Shown one piece after another: positions 41,626-50,739 of a stretch of DNA of 64,000 nucleotides. The stretch is from Peptococcaceae bacterium (GTDB lineage Bacteria; Bacillota; UBA994): assembly GCA_018334055.1 (NCBI GenBank), contig JAGXSS010000052.1, positions 7,612-71,611 on the forward strand. Direction: 5' to 3'. The first letter of the stretch is position 1. Each line of letters starts with the position of its first letter. Under the pieces are notes generated by a model, which searched no databases, had not been told where the DNA came from, and was given only the letters and a program-made list of their open reading frames with translations. The position numbers were made by a program, and so were the translations under genes.

Positions 41626-42369
41626 TTAGGGATAACTTACCCAAGAGACGGGGTAGTCATGATGACCCTTGACCTGCTCCACCACTGCTTGCGCTAGAAT
41701 CTCCATCGGGTCAAAAACAGTGGTCAGTGCCACGAGCCTAGTGGCAACCATGGACAATTCAGTGCAACCGACCAAGATAGCCGCTGCCCCTCTCTGGCAC
41801 ATGGCAGCCGCGACGCGCCTGAATCGCTCTTCATTGGCACGCCCCAAGTAGCCGGCTTTGACGCCTCTTTGGCCGTAGATAATGTCCATCACCACGGCCT
41901 GCTCGCTCGGCGAGGGCACAACCGGCAGAAGGCCCCCGGAGAGCATTACCCTTTGGTAGAGGCCACTTGCCAATGTGCCGTCAGTTGCGGCAATGCCGAT
42001 TTTGCATCCTTGCGGCAGATGCGCCTGTACTCTATTGACCGCCGTAGCTACCATATCGAAGATTGGCACCGTGGGGACAGCCTGTTGCACCTTTGGTAAA
42101 AAGTAATGGGCTGTATTGCACGGGACGGCAATGCAAGTTGCGCCCCCTAGGCAGAGTCTTTCCGCCCCACTAACCAGGCGCGCGGTGGGGTCCTCCCCTG
42201 TACCCAAAATGGCCGCAGTGCGGTCAGGCACCTGGGGATCTGACCAAAGGAGAACCTGCAAGTGCTCCTGATCTCTGGCGGCCTTCGTATTATCAAGAAT
42301 GCGCTGGTAGAAATCGATGGTTGCCTGGGGCCCCATGCCCCCTAAAATGCCTACAATGCCCCTGTTCAT
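41626..42369 (-). CDS. aspartate/glutamate racemase family protein (aspartate racemase-like)
   Basis: MNRGIVGILGGMGPQATIDFY N-terminus and two conserved Cys in the racemase fold. Confidence 0.8.
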   Translation of the reverse strand: MNRGIVGILGGMGPQATIDFYQRILDNTKAARDQEHLQVLLWSDPQVPDRTAAILGTGEDPTARLVSGAERLCLGGATCIAVPCNTAHYFLPKVQQAVPTVPIFDMVATAVNRVQAHLPQGCKIGIAATDGTLASGLYQRVMLSGGLLPVVPSPSEQAVVMDIIYGQRGVKAGYLGRANEERFRRVAAAMCQRGAAAILVGCTELSMVATRLVALTTVFDPMEILAQAVVEQVKGHHDYPVSWVSYP

Positions 42370-42372
42370 CTC

Positions 42373-42834
42373 TTAGTGTGAAAGCTTATCCCAATCGGTA
42401 GAGCCAATCATCTCTAGCTGGGCTTGCAGCAAGGCACGAAGCCTGCCTCGGAAAATTTCCGCCTGTTTCTGCACCTCGGTATACTCTGTAGCCATTTTGC
42501 GTGCTTTGGAGATGGCTTCCTCAACTAATCTCTCGGCGCGCACCTCAGCCTCCTTGACTATGAGTTGCGACTCTTTACGGGCCGAGTTCTTGACCTCCTC
42601 GGCTGTTTCTTGAGCCACCATCAGGGCGCCGTGCAAGGTCTGTTCGAGTTTGTAGTAGTGACTGAGCTTATCCTCTACTTTTTGGACCTGCTCACGCTGC
42701 AAAGCGAGCTCGCGCACATTAGCCTCGTAATCGCGCGTCAATTGTTCGAGAAAAACATCCACTTCTTCAACATTGTAACCACGAAGCGTCCTCTTAAATT
42801 CTTTGTTACTGATATCTTGTGGTTTTAATGGCAT
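42373..42834 (-). CDS. divIVA: cell-division protein DivIVA
   Basis: MPLKPQDISNKEFKRTLRGYNVEEVDVFLEQL N-terminal lipid-binding domain followed by a coiled coil. Confidence 0.9.
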   Translation of the reverse strand: MPLKPQDISNKEFKRTLRGYNVEEVDVFLEQLTRDYEANVRELALQREQVQKVEDKLSHYYKLEQTLHGALMVAQETAEEVKNSARKESQLIVKEAEVRAERLVEEAISKARKMATEYTEVQKQAEIFRGRLRALLQAQLEMIGSTDWDKLSH

Positions 42835-42854
42835 AAGTACACCCCCTAATTGAT

Positions 42855-43097
42855 TTACAAAATCCCCCGTAGTAAATTTAGCAGAAATAGTACAACCAGC
42901 GGTGAGAGATCGACATATGCATCCCCTAGGCGGACGACACCAATGAGCTTACGCACCGGAGAGAGGAGTGGTTCTGTTACATCATGAGCAAACTTCAGGA
43001 CCGGGTTGTTCTGTAGTCCGGGCAGGAAGGAGCTAACCGCACGCAAAACAATGAGCCAAAAGACGATGTTGTATAGGAGGGAGAGAACGTCTCTCAT
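42855..43097 (-). CDS. ylmG: YggT family membrane protein (YlmG)
   Basis: 80 aa 2-TM YggT. Confidence 0.85.
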   Translation of the reverse strand: MRDVLSLLYNIVFWLIVLRAVSSFLPGLQNNPVLKFAHDVTEPLLSPVRKLIGVVRLGDAYVDLSPLVVLFLLNLLRGIL

Positions 43098-43564
43098 TTC
43101 ATGCTGCCTTGCTCAGTCTTAAACGACTTGGGTCCCATCTCGTCCTCATAAATCTCACCCGTGATGTTATCAATCTGCACGGTAGAAGGTGCGGAGAGGA
43201 AGATAGATTCGCTGATTTTTTGCATGCGCCCCCCGCTGCCGTACGTAGCCCCAGACATAAAGTCGAGGATGCGTTGGCGGCCCTTCAGATCGCATATATC
43301 GAGATTAATAATGACCGGACGTCTTGCCTTCACATGCTCTACAATATTTGGCACATCATCAAAGCTCCTCGGTTGGACAACTATAACCCTCATCTGTTGC
43401 CGCTTTGAGATATCAACAATTTGTTGGGGGCGGTGTTTGGCCTGATACTCGGTGTGCTGTTCATCGGGGAGCAATGCTTCCCTCCTCACCTCATCCTCCT
43501 CCTCGTCATCGGTATCAAAACCGAAAAAATCTAATGCTTTCTTCCAAAGGGATTTTGCTTTCAT
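43094..43564 (-). CDS. sepF: cell-division protein SepF
   Basis: Conserved C-terminal SepF domain (VIVVQPRSFDDVPNIVEHVKARRPVIINLD). Confidence 0.9.
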   Translation of the reverse strand: MKAKSLWKKALDFFGFDTDDEEEDEVRREALLPDEQHTEYQAKHRPQQIVDISKRQQMRVIVVQPRSFDDVPNIVEHVKARRPVIINLDICDLKGRQRILDFMSGATYGSGGRMQKISESIFLSAPSTVQIDNITGEIYEDEMGPKSFKTEQGSMK

Positions 43565-43584
43565 AGTTATATTCCTCCTCTTCG

Positions 43585-44238
43585 TTAGAGATGAGCAAAG
43601 ACCGCGGTGCCAATCCGCACCATGTTCGAACCGGCGGCGAGCGCTAGCTGATAATCAGCACTCATGCCCATGGAGAGATAGCGCATCTCCACCGCTGGCA
43701 AGGGAAACCTGCTTAATTCATCATAGAGATCTCTAACCTGCCGAAAACCCTTGCTAATGAGCGCTTTATCAGTTGTGTTAGGGCCGATGGTCATGAGCCC
43801 CTGCACCGAGATGCCCGGGAGTCCACTCACATATTGCATGAATGGCCAGACCTCATCCGGGGACAGTCCTTGCTTCGTTGCTTCTTCCGCATTGTCAACC
43901 TGGACAAGAAAAGAAACTACTTTCCTTTCGGCCTGCGCAACCTTGCTGACCTCCTCCGCTAACTGCTTGCTACACAGGGAGTGTACAAGAGAAAATTTAT
44001 CAAGAACTTTACGCACCTTGTTCGTCTGCAGCCTGCCAACGAAGTGCCAGGCGATGGGGAGATCGCATTGTGACATTTTCAGAAGCGCATCCTGCACCCG
44101 ATTTTCCCCAAAATGCCTGATTCCACAGTGATAGGCGCGTTCGATTTTCTCCGGCCCTACGGCCTTACTGATCGCGACTAAGGTTACATCCGGGTAAGCA
44201 TAAATACTAGCCATTAGTTCTCTAAGTTTCTCACTCAT
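43585..44238 (-). CDS. ylmE: YggS-family pyridoxal phosphate homeostasis protein (YlmE)
   Basis: PLP-binding TIM barrel (AVSKAV, HFVGRLQTNK). Confidence 0.9.
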   Translation of the reverse strand: MSEKLRELMASIYAYPDVTLVAISKAVGPEKIERAYHCGIRHFGENRVQDALLKMSQCDLPIAWHFVGRLQTNKVRKVLDKFSLVHSLCSKQLAEEVSKVAQAERKVVSFLVQVDNAEEATKQGLSPDEVWPFMQYVSGLPGISVQGLMTIGPNTTDKALISKGFRQVRDLYDELSRFPLPAVEMRYLSMGMSADYQLALAAGSNMVRIGTAVFAHL

Positions 44239-44244
44239 GGGGGA

Positions 44245-45480
44245 CTACCTAGAAGGAGCAAGGGCGGTCGGATTAACTACCACCAACTCCTCGGGAAGGA
44301 GCCCGGTTACCACGGCCCTCTGCCCTATCCTCTCCACTATGTTTACCGGGCGGGATTCGTGTTTACCGCCCTCCTTTTGCACATAAACCAAGTCTCTCTC
44401 CCCCGATACAATCGCGCTATATGGAATGCTACGTAAAACCACCCCGTGAGGACGCACCTCAATTTTTATGTCTCGGCTTTCCAATATCACAAAGGCCGGC
44501 CTATCCAAGCGTAAGGCAAACATTGCAGTATCTTCCACGCCAGTCAGCATGCGCTCGAGGACTCTCGCCTTGTGGGTGGACTCCCCAAAGGCAATATCTA
44601 CATAGTCAGGAAGAACCACATTGGCAGGCAATTCTATCATGAGAATGGCCACCGCTGGGTCGATTATGACCGAGACCACCTGCCCGGCGGGCACATCTTC
44701 GCCATTTTGTTTCTTTACGGCAATCCTTCGCGCAGCCCGGAGCTCTGCTAGGGTCATAGAGGAGTACTCGGAGGCTCGCAAAGTGCCCGGTGAGTTCCCC
44801 GGAGCAAAGCTCAAAAACCCTGTAGTCGGCGCACGCACTGTGTAGATAGCCCGCTGGCGTTGCGCCAGAAGTTCGGTGCGACGCTCCTCCTCATTTGCCT
44901 CAGTGCGCGTCGCAAAAGCATGCGCCTCTTCGCGCCGCTCTACGTTCTGCTGCGCGCGAGTCAATTCTCGCCAGGCTCGCTCTGCCTTGGCAGCATCGCG
45001 CACGCGGATACCCGCTGCTAGTTCAGCGGATAAGGCGCGCACTGCATTCAAGGCATCCACTAGCTCCTGGCGTCTGGCAACGAGGATATCCTCACCCACG
45101 ACCAACTGTGTCTGCTTTACCGAAAGAGCGGTCAATTGTCTCTCTATCGAGGACAGCAAATCCGTATCCACTAATTCAAAGAGACTTTGCCCCGAGCGAA
45201 CCAGCTGACCGTGTTCAATGAGGGTGTTTAGAATTCCCGCCCGAGGAGCGACTAGTGCCAACTCATCTTTCAGCACCAAGGCAGAGCCGGTAAAGAGAGC
45301 ACTATCAACACCCCTAGACTGCTCATAACGCACAGCCGGAAAGCTGGCCCATCGATAAACCATGTTCCCAATACCGAAAAGCCCATATATAAGAATAGCG
45401 GCAACCCCTAGTAGAAGAAAACGCTTAGCAACTCGCAAGCGACGACGCGATCGTCTCTTCTTGCTTTGTATCCTATCCAA
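44245..45480 (-). CDS. HlyD/membrane-fusion-protein family periplasmic adaptor-like protein, orphan
   Basis: N-terminal TM helix, split biotinyl/lipoyl-like hairpin (LVAPRAGILNTL...YTVRAPTTGF), long coiled coil, and a C-terminal beta-barrel (LVYVQKEGGKHESRPVNIVERIGQRAVV..GL.PEELVVVN). Confidence 0.7.
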   Translation of the reverse strand: MDRIQSKKRRSRRRLRVAKRFLLLGVAAILIYGLFGIGNMVYRWASFPAVRYEQSRGVDSALFTGSALVLKDELALVAPRAGILNTLIEHGQLVRSGQSLFELVDTDLLSSIERQLTALSVKQTQLVVGEDILVARRQELVDALNAVRALSAELAAGIRVRDAAKAERAWRELTRAQQNVERREEAHAFATRTEANEEERRTELLAQRQRAIYTVRAPTTGFLSFAPGNSPGTLRASEYSSMTLAELRAARRIAVKKQNGEDVPAGQVVSVIIDPAVAILMIELPANVVLPDYVDIAFGESTHKARVLERMLTGVEDTAMFALRLDRPAFVILESRDIKIEVRPHGVVLRSIPYSAIVSGERDLVYVQKEGGKHESRPVNIVERIGQRAVVTGLLPEELVVVNPTALAPSR

Positions 45481-45522
45481 GAGGTGTCCCCCCTCCCTGC
45501 TATAATTCGACAGTCTTAGACT

Positions 45523-46863
45523 TCAATCCTCCCCGATGTTCTGAAAAGTTCTGCCGTCGCCAACGATCTCACCTAGCCCGACATCACCAAACGCGACTTT
45601 CCTCCTTGCCGTTGAGCCGCATCGCGGGCAGGGTCCTATGGCAGCTACAAAAAGGTGGCAATTGGCGCAGCGCATGTCATCAGGGGAAAAACGCAAGAAG
45701 CTAATTCCCTTCTCGCTGGCCTCGAGGAGTTGATTATAAAGATCATCCGGCGTTTGGTGCGCTCCTGTACTTAACCACAGGCAGTGTCCCCCTGGTAAGT
45801 ACTGCTCCATACTAGCTACCAAAGCCGATATTCCATGTTGCCTTGGTACCACCGGCACTGTTTGGGCAAAAGGAACCCTCTCACCTGTTGATGCCAGCAC
45901 AAAATTCAGGTTAAACATGTCCCGCAATTTCTCCACACATCCACCGAGAAAGTCCATGGTCTCAAACAGGGCGTGCGACACAGGGTATGAGTTCAGCCCC
46001 GACAAGTTTATGATGAGAGGGACCCCTCGCTCCGCCTCGGTGCCATTTGTGACCGCAATGAACTCTAGATGCGTGGCCAGTAACCTGGCGGCGACATCTA
46101 GTGCCTCTTGTAGCCCCGAAAGCCCATAGGATAGTGCCCTTGGCACGTTGACTGATACTTTTCCGCCAACAATCTGGTCGCGCGTGCCCTGATAAAAATC
46201 AAGTAACGCAGGCTCTAATCGCAAACCTTGGTGCGTAAAAGCTAACAGACCCATGAGGCCCCTGTTCTGAGGGGAATCCATGAGCGCAAAAGAAATATTA
46301 GGTCTTGTCCTGGCCATATCTAGCGCTTGGTACAACACTTTAAAACCGCTACTCCCTCGTTCCAGATTCACCCCCTGACGGACGCGCAGGACAATCTGGG
46401 GCTCAAGAAAGGTAGCCCCCTGATCTAAAACGTGCAGGGTGGTTGCCGCTAGAGTTAAGGCATCATCCCCCAGATCATCACCAAAGTTCAGCGAAATCCG
46501 ACATCGAGGTTCTAACGACCAAAGAGAGAAGAGCTGCCCTAAAACATCCGCTAGGCGGTGAGAGCCATAGCGCTGCAACAATGGCAGCCCTACATCTGGA
46601 GCATAGTAAGGCAAACATAGCTCGGTGGCTTCGGCTGACCTAGCTTTCAGGGCATGTACGAGCCCGAGCATGAAAGAGGTATCGTCATGTGCCGGTACAT
46701 GACGCAATTCAGGAACCAAGAGGGTAGCGCGAAAATCAGGGGTCAGAGTGTGTACGTAGACTAAGCCTTGACGCACAGCCTCGCGCCAAGGCGTAGCCAT
46801 GACACTCTCCAAGATAAGCTCCTGCATTCTGCCGGCGAGCAATGCGTTGGATAAGCCCTTCAT
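45523..46863 (-). CDS. hypothetical 446 aa protein with a C-terminal CxxC-x10-CxxC zinc ribbon, translationally coupled to nrdR
   Basis: Start ATG overlaps the nrdR stop (ATGA at 46860-46863). C-terminus [20 protein letters not shown]. No glycyl-radical, Walker or radical-SAM motifs. Confidence 0.6.
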   Translation of the reverse strand: MKGLSNALLAGRMQELILESVMATPWREAVRQGLVYVHTLTPDFRATLLVPELRHVPAHDDTSFMLGLVHALKARSAEATELCLPYYAPDVGLPLLQRYGSHRLADVLGQLFSLWSLEPRCRISLNFGDDLGDDALTLAATTLHVLDQGATFLEPQIVLRVRQGVNLERGSSGFKVLYQALDMARTRPNISFALMDSPQNRGLMGLLAFTHQGLRLEPALLDFYQGTRDQIVGGKVSVNVPRALSYGLSGLQEALDVAARLLATHLEFIAVTNGTEAERGVPLIINLSGLNSYPVSHALFETMDFLGGCVEKLRDMFNLNFVLASTGERVPFAQTVPVVPRQHGISALVASMEQYLPGGHCLWLSTGAHQTPDDLYNQLLEASEKGISFLRFSPDDMRCANCHLFVAAIGPCPRCGSTARRKVAFGDVGLGEIVGDGRTFQNIGED

Positions 46864-47330
46864 TGGGAGCGCACCTTGAACAACTTCTCCAGTTCGAAAA
46901 GAAAATTGTTTATGTCGGTGAACTGGCGATAGACGGAGGCAAACCGGACATAGGCCACCTCATCAATCCCTCGCAATCGTTCCATGACGAGTTCTCCAAT
47001 ACGGGCGGAAGGAACTTCGGAGCGCACTTCATTCATCAATTTTGACTCAATCTCGAGCACTGCGTCCTCCAAGACTTCGAGAGAAACGGGGCGCTTTTCG
47101 CAGGCCTTAAGCAGGCCCGCCAGAATTTTGCTCCGGCTGAACAATTCTCTGCTGCCGTCCTTTTTTATCACCACCAGAGGTTGTTCCTCTGCCCTCTCAT
47201 AGGTGGTGAACCGTCTAAAACAATTAGGGCACTCTCTACGCCGGCGTATGGCGCTTTCTTCGGCCGTAGGCCTGCTATCGACAACCCGACTGTCCGTACA
47301 ATCACAATGGGGACACTTCAACCTCAACAC
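46860..47330 (-). CDS. nrdR: transcriptional repressor NrdR
   Basis: N-terminal Zn ribbon (CPHCDC...CPNC) plus an ATP cone. Confidence 0.9.
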   Translation of the reverse strand: MLRLKCPHCDCTDSRVVDSRPTAEESAIRRRRECPNCFRRFTTYERAEEQPLVVIKKDGSRELFSRSKILAGLLKACEKRPVSLEVLEDAVLEIESKLMNEVRSEVPSARIGELVMERLRGIDEVAYVRFASVYRQFTDINNFLFELEKLFKVRSQ

Positions 47331-47363
47331 CCCAATCCATAGCTACCAATTACCTCTATGGTA

Positions 47364-47648
47364 CTACATCTTGGGTCCGGAAGACAAATCATCTTCGATG
47401 TACGGCAGTTCTGAATCAGGAAGATCCACCAAGATAATGTCCATGCCTATTTTTACTATTTTTGCCCAGGGGATGGAGACATCATTATCTCGCCCAAACA
47501 GGCCGAGCATCCGCCCTTGCCCAATCACAATTAGCGCCCGGATACGACCCTCCTCAATGTCCACATCCAAGTCCCCGATAAAACCGATCCGCTGTCCATT
47601 TCTGATATTGACAATTTCCTTCTCCCGCAACTCATGCACCCTCAACAC
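47364..47648 (-). CDS. ylmC: YlmC/YmxH family sporulation protein (PRC barrel)
   Basis: About 85-90 aa. EIVNIRNGQRIGFIGDLDVD matches YlmC. The exact start is ambiguous between GTG and TTG codons at 47637-47648. Confidence 0.8.
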   Translation of the reverse strand: MLRVHELREKEIVNIRNGQRIGFIGDLDVDIEEGRIRALIVIGQGRMLGLFGRDNDVSIPWAKIVKIGMDIILVDLPDSELPYIEDDLSSGPKM

Positions 47649-47692
47649 AAAAATACCCCCTCTCGTTCATATGGTTATATGAACGAGAGGGG
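47643..47692 (-). terminator. rho-independent terminator downstream of spoIIR
   Basis: Near-perfect 16-bp stem CCCCTCTCGTTCATAT-GGTT-ATATGAACGAGAGGGG followed on the minus strand by TATTTTTGTGTTG. Confidence 0.6.
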
Positions 47693-47707
47693 CATTATGT
47701 GCATATT

Positions 47708-48247
47708 TCAGGGGCGAAACCGCCGCCAAACATTCCTAAGAATATTTGCTAGGGCCGACTCAAATCGTCTTGGTCCGTTCCTGTTGACCACCCCGTCCAC
47801 TAAGCATAGGGGGGGATACATCACGCACCACCAATTTTTTCCATGACCATCCCCGATGTGGATATTAAGGGCTCTGTAGCGGCCTGCAGGCAAGGCCAGT
47901 CTGCCATACACCCGGCTGGGAAAGAGGAATATCCCAAAGCCGAGCTGACCATCATGTTTTGACCCTTCTCTCTGTAGGGTGTCTCGGAGAGTGATTTTTA
48001 GGCTCGGCAATGCTCGCTCGACGCGACTTGAGGCTTCGGCAATAGTCGTAGCGTCAACCACAAGTTCCCTGACTGCGCGCAACATTTCGTCTCTGACTAG
48101 CAGTTTGATGCGTTGCTCTTCTTCGGTGTCGCTGTGAGCGTGGACATGCAGACGAATAATATCCACGCTTCTCCCTGCTGCCGCGGCGCATGGCGCATTG
48201 AAGAACAACAAGGCTGCGAGGGTGAGACCCAAGATGCCGCGCATCAT
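47708..48247 (-). CDS. spoIIR: stage II sporulation protein R
   Basis: Signal peptide, IRLHVHAHSDTEEEQ and GKNWWCVMYPPLC motifs. The start overlaps the sigG stop by 4 nt. Confidence 0.85.
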   Translation of the reverse strand: MMRGILGLTLAALLFFNAPCAAAAGRSVDIIRLHVHAHSDTEEEQRIKLLVRDEMLRAVRELVVDATTIAEASSRVERALPSLKITLRDTLQREGSKHDGQLGFGIFLFPSRVYGRLALPAGRYRALNIHIGDGHGKNWWCVMYPPLCLVDGVVNRNGPRRFESALANILRNVWRRFRP

Positions 48248-49029
48248 TTGTCGCCCCGATCGGATATGAGCTTCTTCATGTGGGTAAGGGCGGCTTTTTC
48301 GAGGCGTGAAACTTGTGCCTGCGAGATGCCTATTTCTTCGGCCACTTCCATCTGGGTCTTCCCTGCGAAAAATCGCAAATTGACGATGTGCCTTTCTCGA
48401 TCATTGAGTCGATGCAGGGCTTCTTTGATGGCAATGCCCTCTAGCCAGTAGGCGTCATTATCTTTCTCACTCTTAATCTGGTCCATGATGTAAATCGGAT
48501 CGCCGCCCTCTTGGAAAATGGGGTCAAACAGCGATACTGGTTCTTGAATGGCGTCCAGCGCAAAGACGACCTCTTCGCGAGGAATATGCAGTTCCTCAGC
48601 AATCTCGCTCACCGTAGGTTCCCGACTATTCCTAGTGACCAGGGCATCCCTAGTCTGCAGGGCCTTATAGGCAATATCCCGCAGCGACCTACTGACGCGA
48701 ATGGGGTTATTGTCTCGCAAGTAGCGACGTATCTCTCCGATAATCATCGGCACAGCGTAGGTGGAAAACTTTACATTGTGGCTTAAATCAAAATTATCTA
48801 TAGCCTTCATTAGACCAATGCACCCAACTTGAAAGAGGTCATCTACTAGCTCGCCGCGATTGTTGAAACGCTGTATGACGCTGAGGACGAGGCGCAAGTT
48901 GCCCATAATTAGCTTTTCGCGCGACAGTTCGTCACCTTGCTGCATGGCCACGAACAATTCTCGCATCTTGGCACTATTTAAGACCTGTAACTTAGAAGTG
49001 TTGACTCCACAAATCTCCACCCGGTTCAT
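48244..49029 (-). CDS. sigG: RNA polymerase sporulation sigma factor sigma-G
   Basis: Near-colinear with B. subtilis SigG (EICGVNTSKL...GNLRLVLSVIQRFNNRGE...FSTYAVPMIIGEIRRYLRDNNPIRVSRSLRDIAYKA...KTQMEVAEEIGISQAQVSRLEKAA). Confidence 0.95.
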   Translation of the reverse strand: MNRVEICGVNTSKLQVLNSAKMRELFVAMQQGDELSREKLIMGNLRLVLSVIQRFNNRGELVDDLFQVGCIGLMKAIDNFDLSHNVKFSTYAVPMIIGEIRRYLRDNNPIRVSRSLRDIAYKALQTRDALVTRNSREPTVSEIAEELHIPREEVVFALDAIQEPVSLFDPIFQEGGDPIYIMDQIKSEKDNDAYWLEGIAIKEALHRLNDRERHIVNLRFFAGKTQMEVAEEIGISQAQVSRLEKAALTHMKKLISDRGDK

Positions 49030-49061
49030 TGCTCTTCCCCCCTCCTTGGCCCTCCATGAAG

Positions 49062-49092
49062 AATTATCACCAACTTCATGGCCCCTTTATAC
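49062..49092 (-). promoter_or_regulatory. sigma-F-type forespore promoter for sigG
   Basis: On the minus strand GTATA-N16-GGTGATAATT (sigma-F consensus GYATA...GGnnAnAHTR), in the sigE-sigG intergenic region. It overlaps an 8-bp inverted repeat CCATGAAG-N12-CTTCATGG (plus 49055-49082). Confidence 0.45.
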
Positions 49093-49114
49093 CAAAGAGG
49101 ATGAAAAAACACAA

Positions 49115-49855
49115 TTATTCCATTCTTTTGAACTCACGCTTCAGTTTGGTGAGAATGCGCTTTTCCAAGCGAGAAATGTAAGATTGCGAGATGGACAGTA
49201 TGTCTGCCACTTCTTTCTGGGTTCTTTCCCTGCCGTCATGCAGGCCAAACCGCAATTGCATGATATGCTGCTCGCGCCTGTTTAACTTGCCAATAGCAGT
49301 CTCTAGCATGGTGCGATCTACTTCCGCCTCTAGCCCCCGGTAAACTTCGCTATTTTCCACAGGAATCACGTCCGAAAGCAACAATTCGTTGCCATCCCAA
49401 TCTACATTGAGAGGTTCATCAAGTGACACCTCGACCTTGTTTTTCTGATTGCGCCTAAGGTACATGAGGATTTCATTCTCGATGCAGCGCGAGGCATAGG
49501 TCGCCAGCTTAATGTTGCGAGTAGGGTTAAAGGTGTTAACTGCTTTAATGAGTCCGATGGAACCGATGGACACCAAGTCCTCGATCAGCAGTCCTGTGTT
49601 TTCAAACTTGCGCGCGATGTAGACCACAAGGCGCAAATTACGTTCTACTAATACTGACTTCACTGCTAGGTCTCCGCCCTTAAGCCTTTCAATGAGATAG
49701 TGCTCTTCCTCCTCGCTAAGAGGTGGAGGTAAGGCTTCCGAACTGCCCACGAAGTGGACGGCTCGCGGCAACCAAGGTACGCCGAAGAAGTGCAGGAGTC
49801 TCAACCAAGCGAGCCAAGATCGCAATCGGAGCAGGTTCAAGTTTTTCACCAACAT
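49115..49855 (-). CDS. sigE: RNA polymerase sporulation sigma factor sigma-E (pro-sigma-E)
   Basis: Near-colinear with B. subtilis pro-SigE, including the pro-sequence ([17 protein letters not shown]) and region 2-4 motifs. Confidence 0.95.
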   Translation of the reverse strand: MLVKNLNLLRLRSWLAWLRLLHFFGVPWLPRAVHFVGSSEALPPPLSEEEEHYLIERLKGGDLAVKSVLVERNLRLVVYIARKFENTGLLIEDLVSIGSIGLIKAVNTFNPTRNIKLATYASRCIENEILMYLRRNQKNKVEVSLDEPLNVDWDGNELLLSDVIPVENSEVYRGLEAEVDRTMLETAIGKLNRREQHIMQLRFGLHDGRERTQKEVADILSISQSYISRLEKRILTKLKREFKRME

Positions 49856-49864
49856 TCCCCCTTC

Positions 49865-50734
49865 TTAAACTACTGGCCATAACGTAGCGGGCAGCAGGGC
49901 CAGTCTCTCTCCACCCGCGTACTCTCTAGGTGAGAAACCCACCACGGCATCGACACATCGCCAGGCGCCATGCATTAGAATTGAACACGAATCTGGTCGT
50001 ATGCCCACCATCAAGCCTCCCCCCGCCACTGCGGTGAATGGGATCAAAGTAAGCCTGGTTGCCAGGGCGTCAGGGATAAAGTGTAGGGATTTCTCACTCA
50101 ATTCGTCCCACTGCGCGAGCAAGGTCATTAGTCCCAAAGGCAGCGAATCTTTGACCGATTGGGCGTCTACCACGACCACTGGGCGATAGGTGATGGGCTC
50201 CACCAACACATTGCCTGTGTCGAGTATCCCGAAAAGTTCGACTACAGCACCCTGCAACACAAACCTGAACTTAGCGCTTTGCTCTGCTCGGCGAAGGTAT
50301 CCCCCGACGCTTGACCACAGCCTTTGCATGACCATGGTCATGAGCAGCGGCCCTCCCAAGACGATTAACCAACTTACCTCGGGCCAGCTTTCCGGAAGGC
50401 CCCTCGACGTTAATAGGGCGAGGGCTAGGGAAACCCCGGCACAGATTGTGGAGATGAGCATGAATAGTAGAGTGATCTCTACGGTCTGCCAGACCCCCTT
50501 GGGCAAGAAAGTATAGCGCACCATAATGATGGCTACTAGCATCTTGAGGAAAGGCTCTACCCAGAGTGGGATTGTTATGAGGAGCCAAACCAGGGACACT
50601 ACGGCTCCACCCCCCGCCACGAGCATAATCCACTCGAGTGATACTCGCCGACGTAACGCCTTTGCGGTGGCCCACAACAACCACCAGTTCATCCCCCAGT
50701 TCAATAGCCAGAGGAAGTCAAGATAGACGACCAT
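49865..50734 (-). CDS. spoIIGA: sigma-E processing aspartic peptidase SpoIIGA
   Basis: Five N-terminal TM helices and a C-terminal protease domain with DTGN. The likely start is ATG at 50732-50734 (MVVYLDFLW) with GGGGGTG RBS. Confidence 0.85.
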   Translation of the reverse strand: MVVYLDFLWLLNWGMNWWLLWATAKALRRRVSLEWIMLVAGGGAVVSLVWLLITIPLWVEPFLKMLVAIIMVRYTFLPKGVWQTVEITLLFMLISTICAGVSLALALLTSRGLPESWPEVSWLIVLGGPLLMTMVMQRLWSSVGGYLRRAEQSAKFRFVLQGAVVELFGILDTGNVLVEPITYRPVVVVDAQSVKDSLPLGLMTLLAQWDELSEKSLHFIPDALATRLTLIPFTAVAGGGLMVGIRPDSCSILMHGAWRCVDAVVGFSPREYAGGERLALLPATLWPVV

Positions 50735-50739
50735 GACAA

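Noticed and set aside
45523-46863. Calling the nrdR-coupled 446 aa protein an anaerobic (class III) ribonucleotide reductase
   Set aside because: Only a C-terminal Zn ribbon and a weak N-terminal resemblance are present. There is no glycyl-radical RxxGY motif and no conserved NrdD active-site pattern I can verify by eye. It is too short for NrdD. I kept it as hypothetical.
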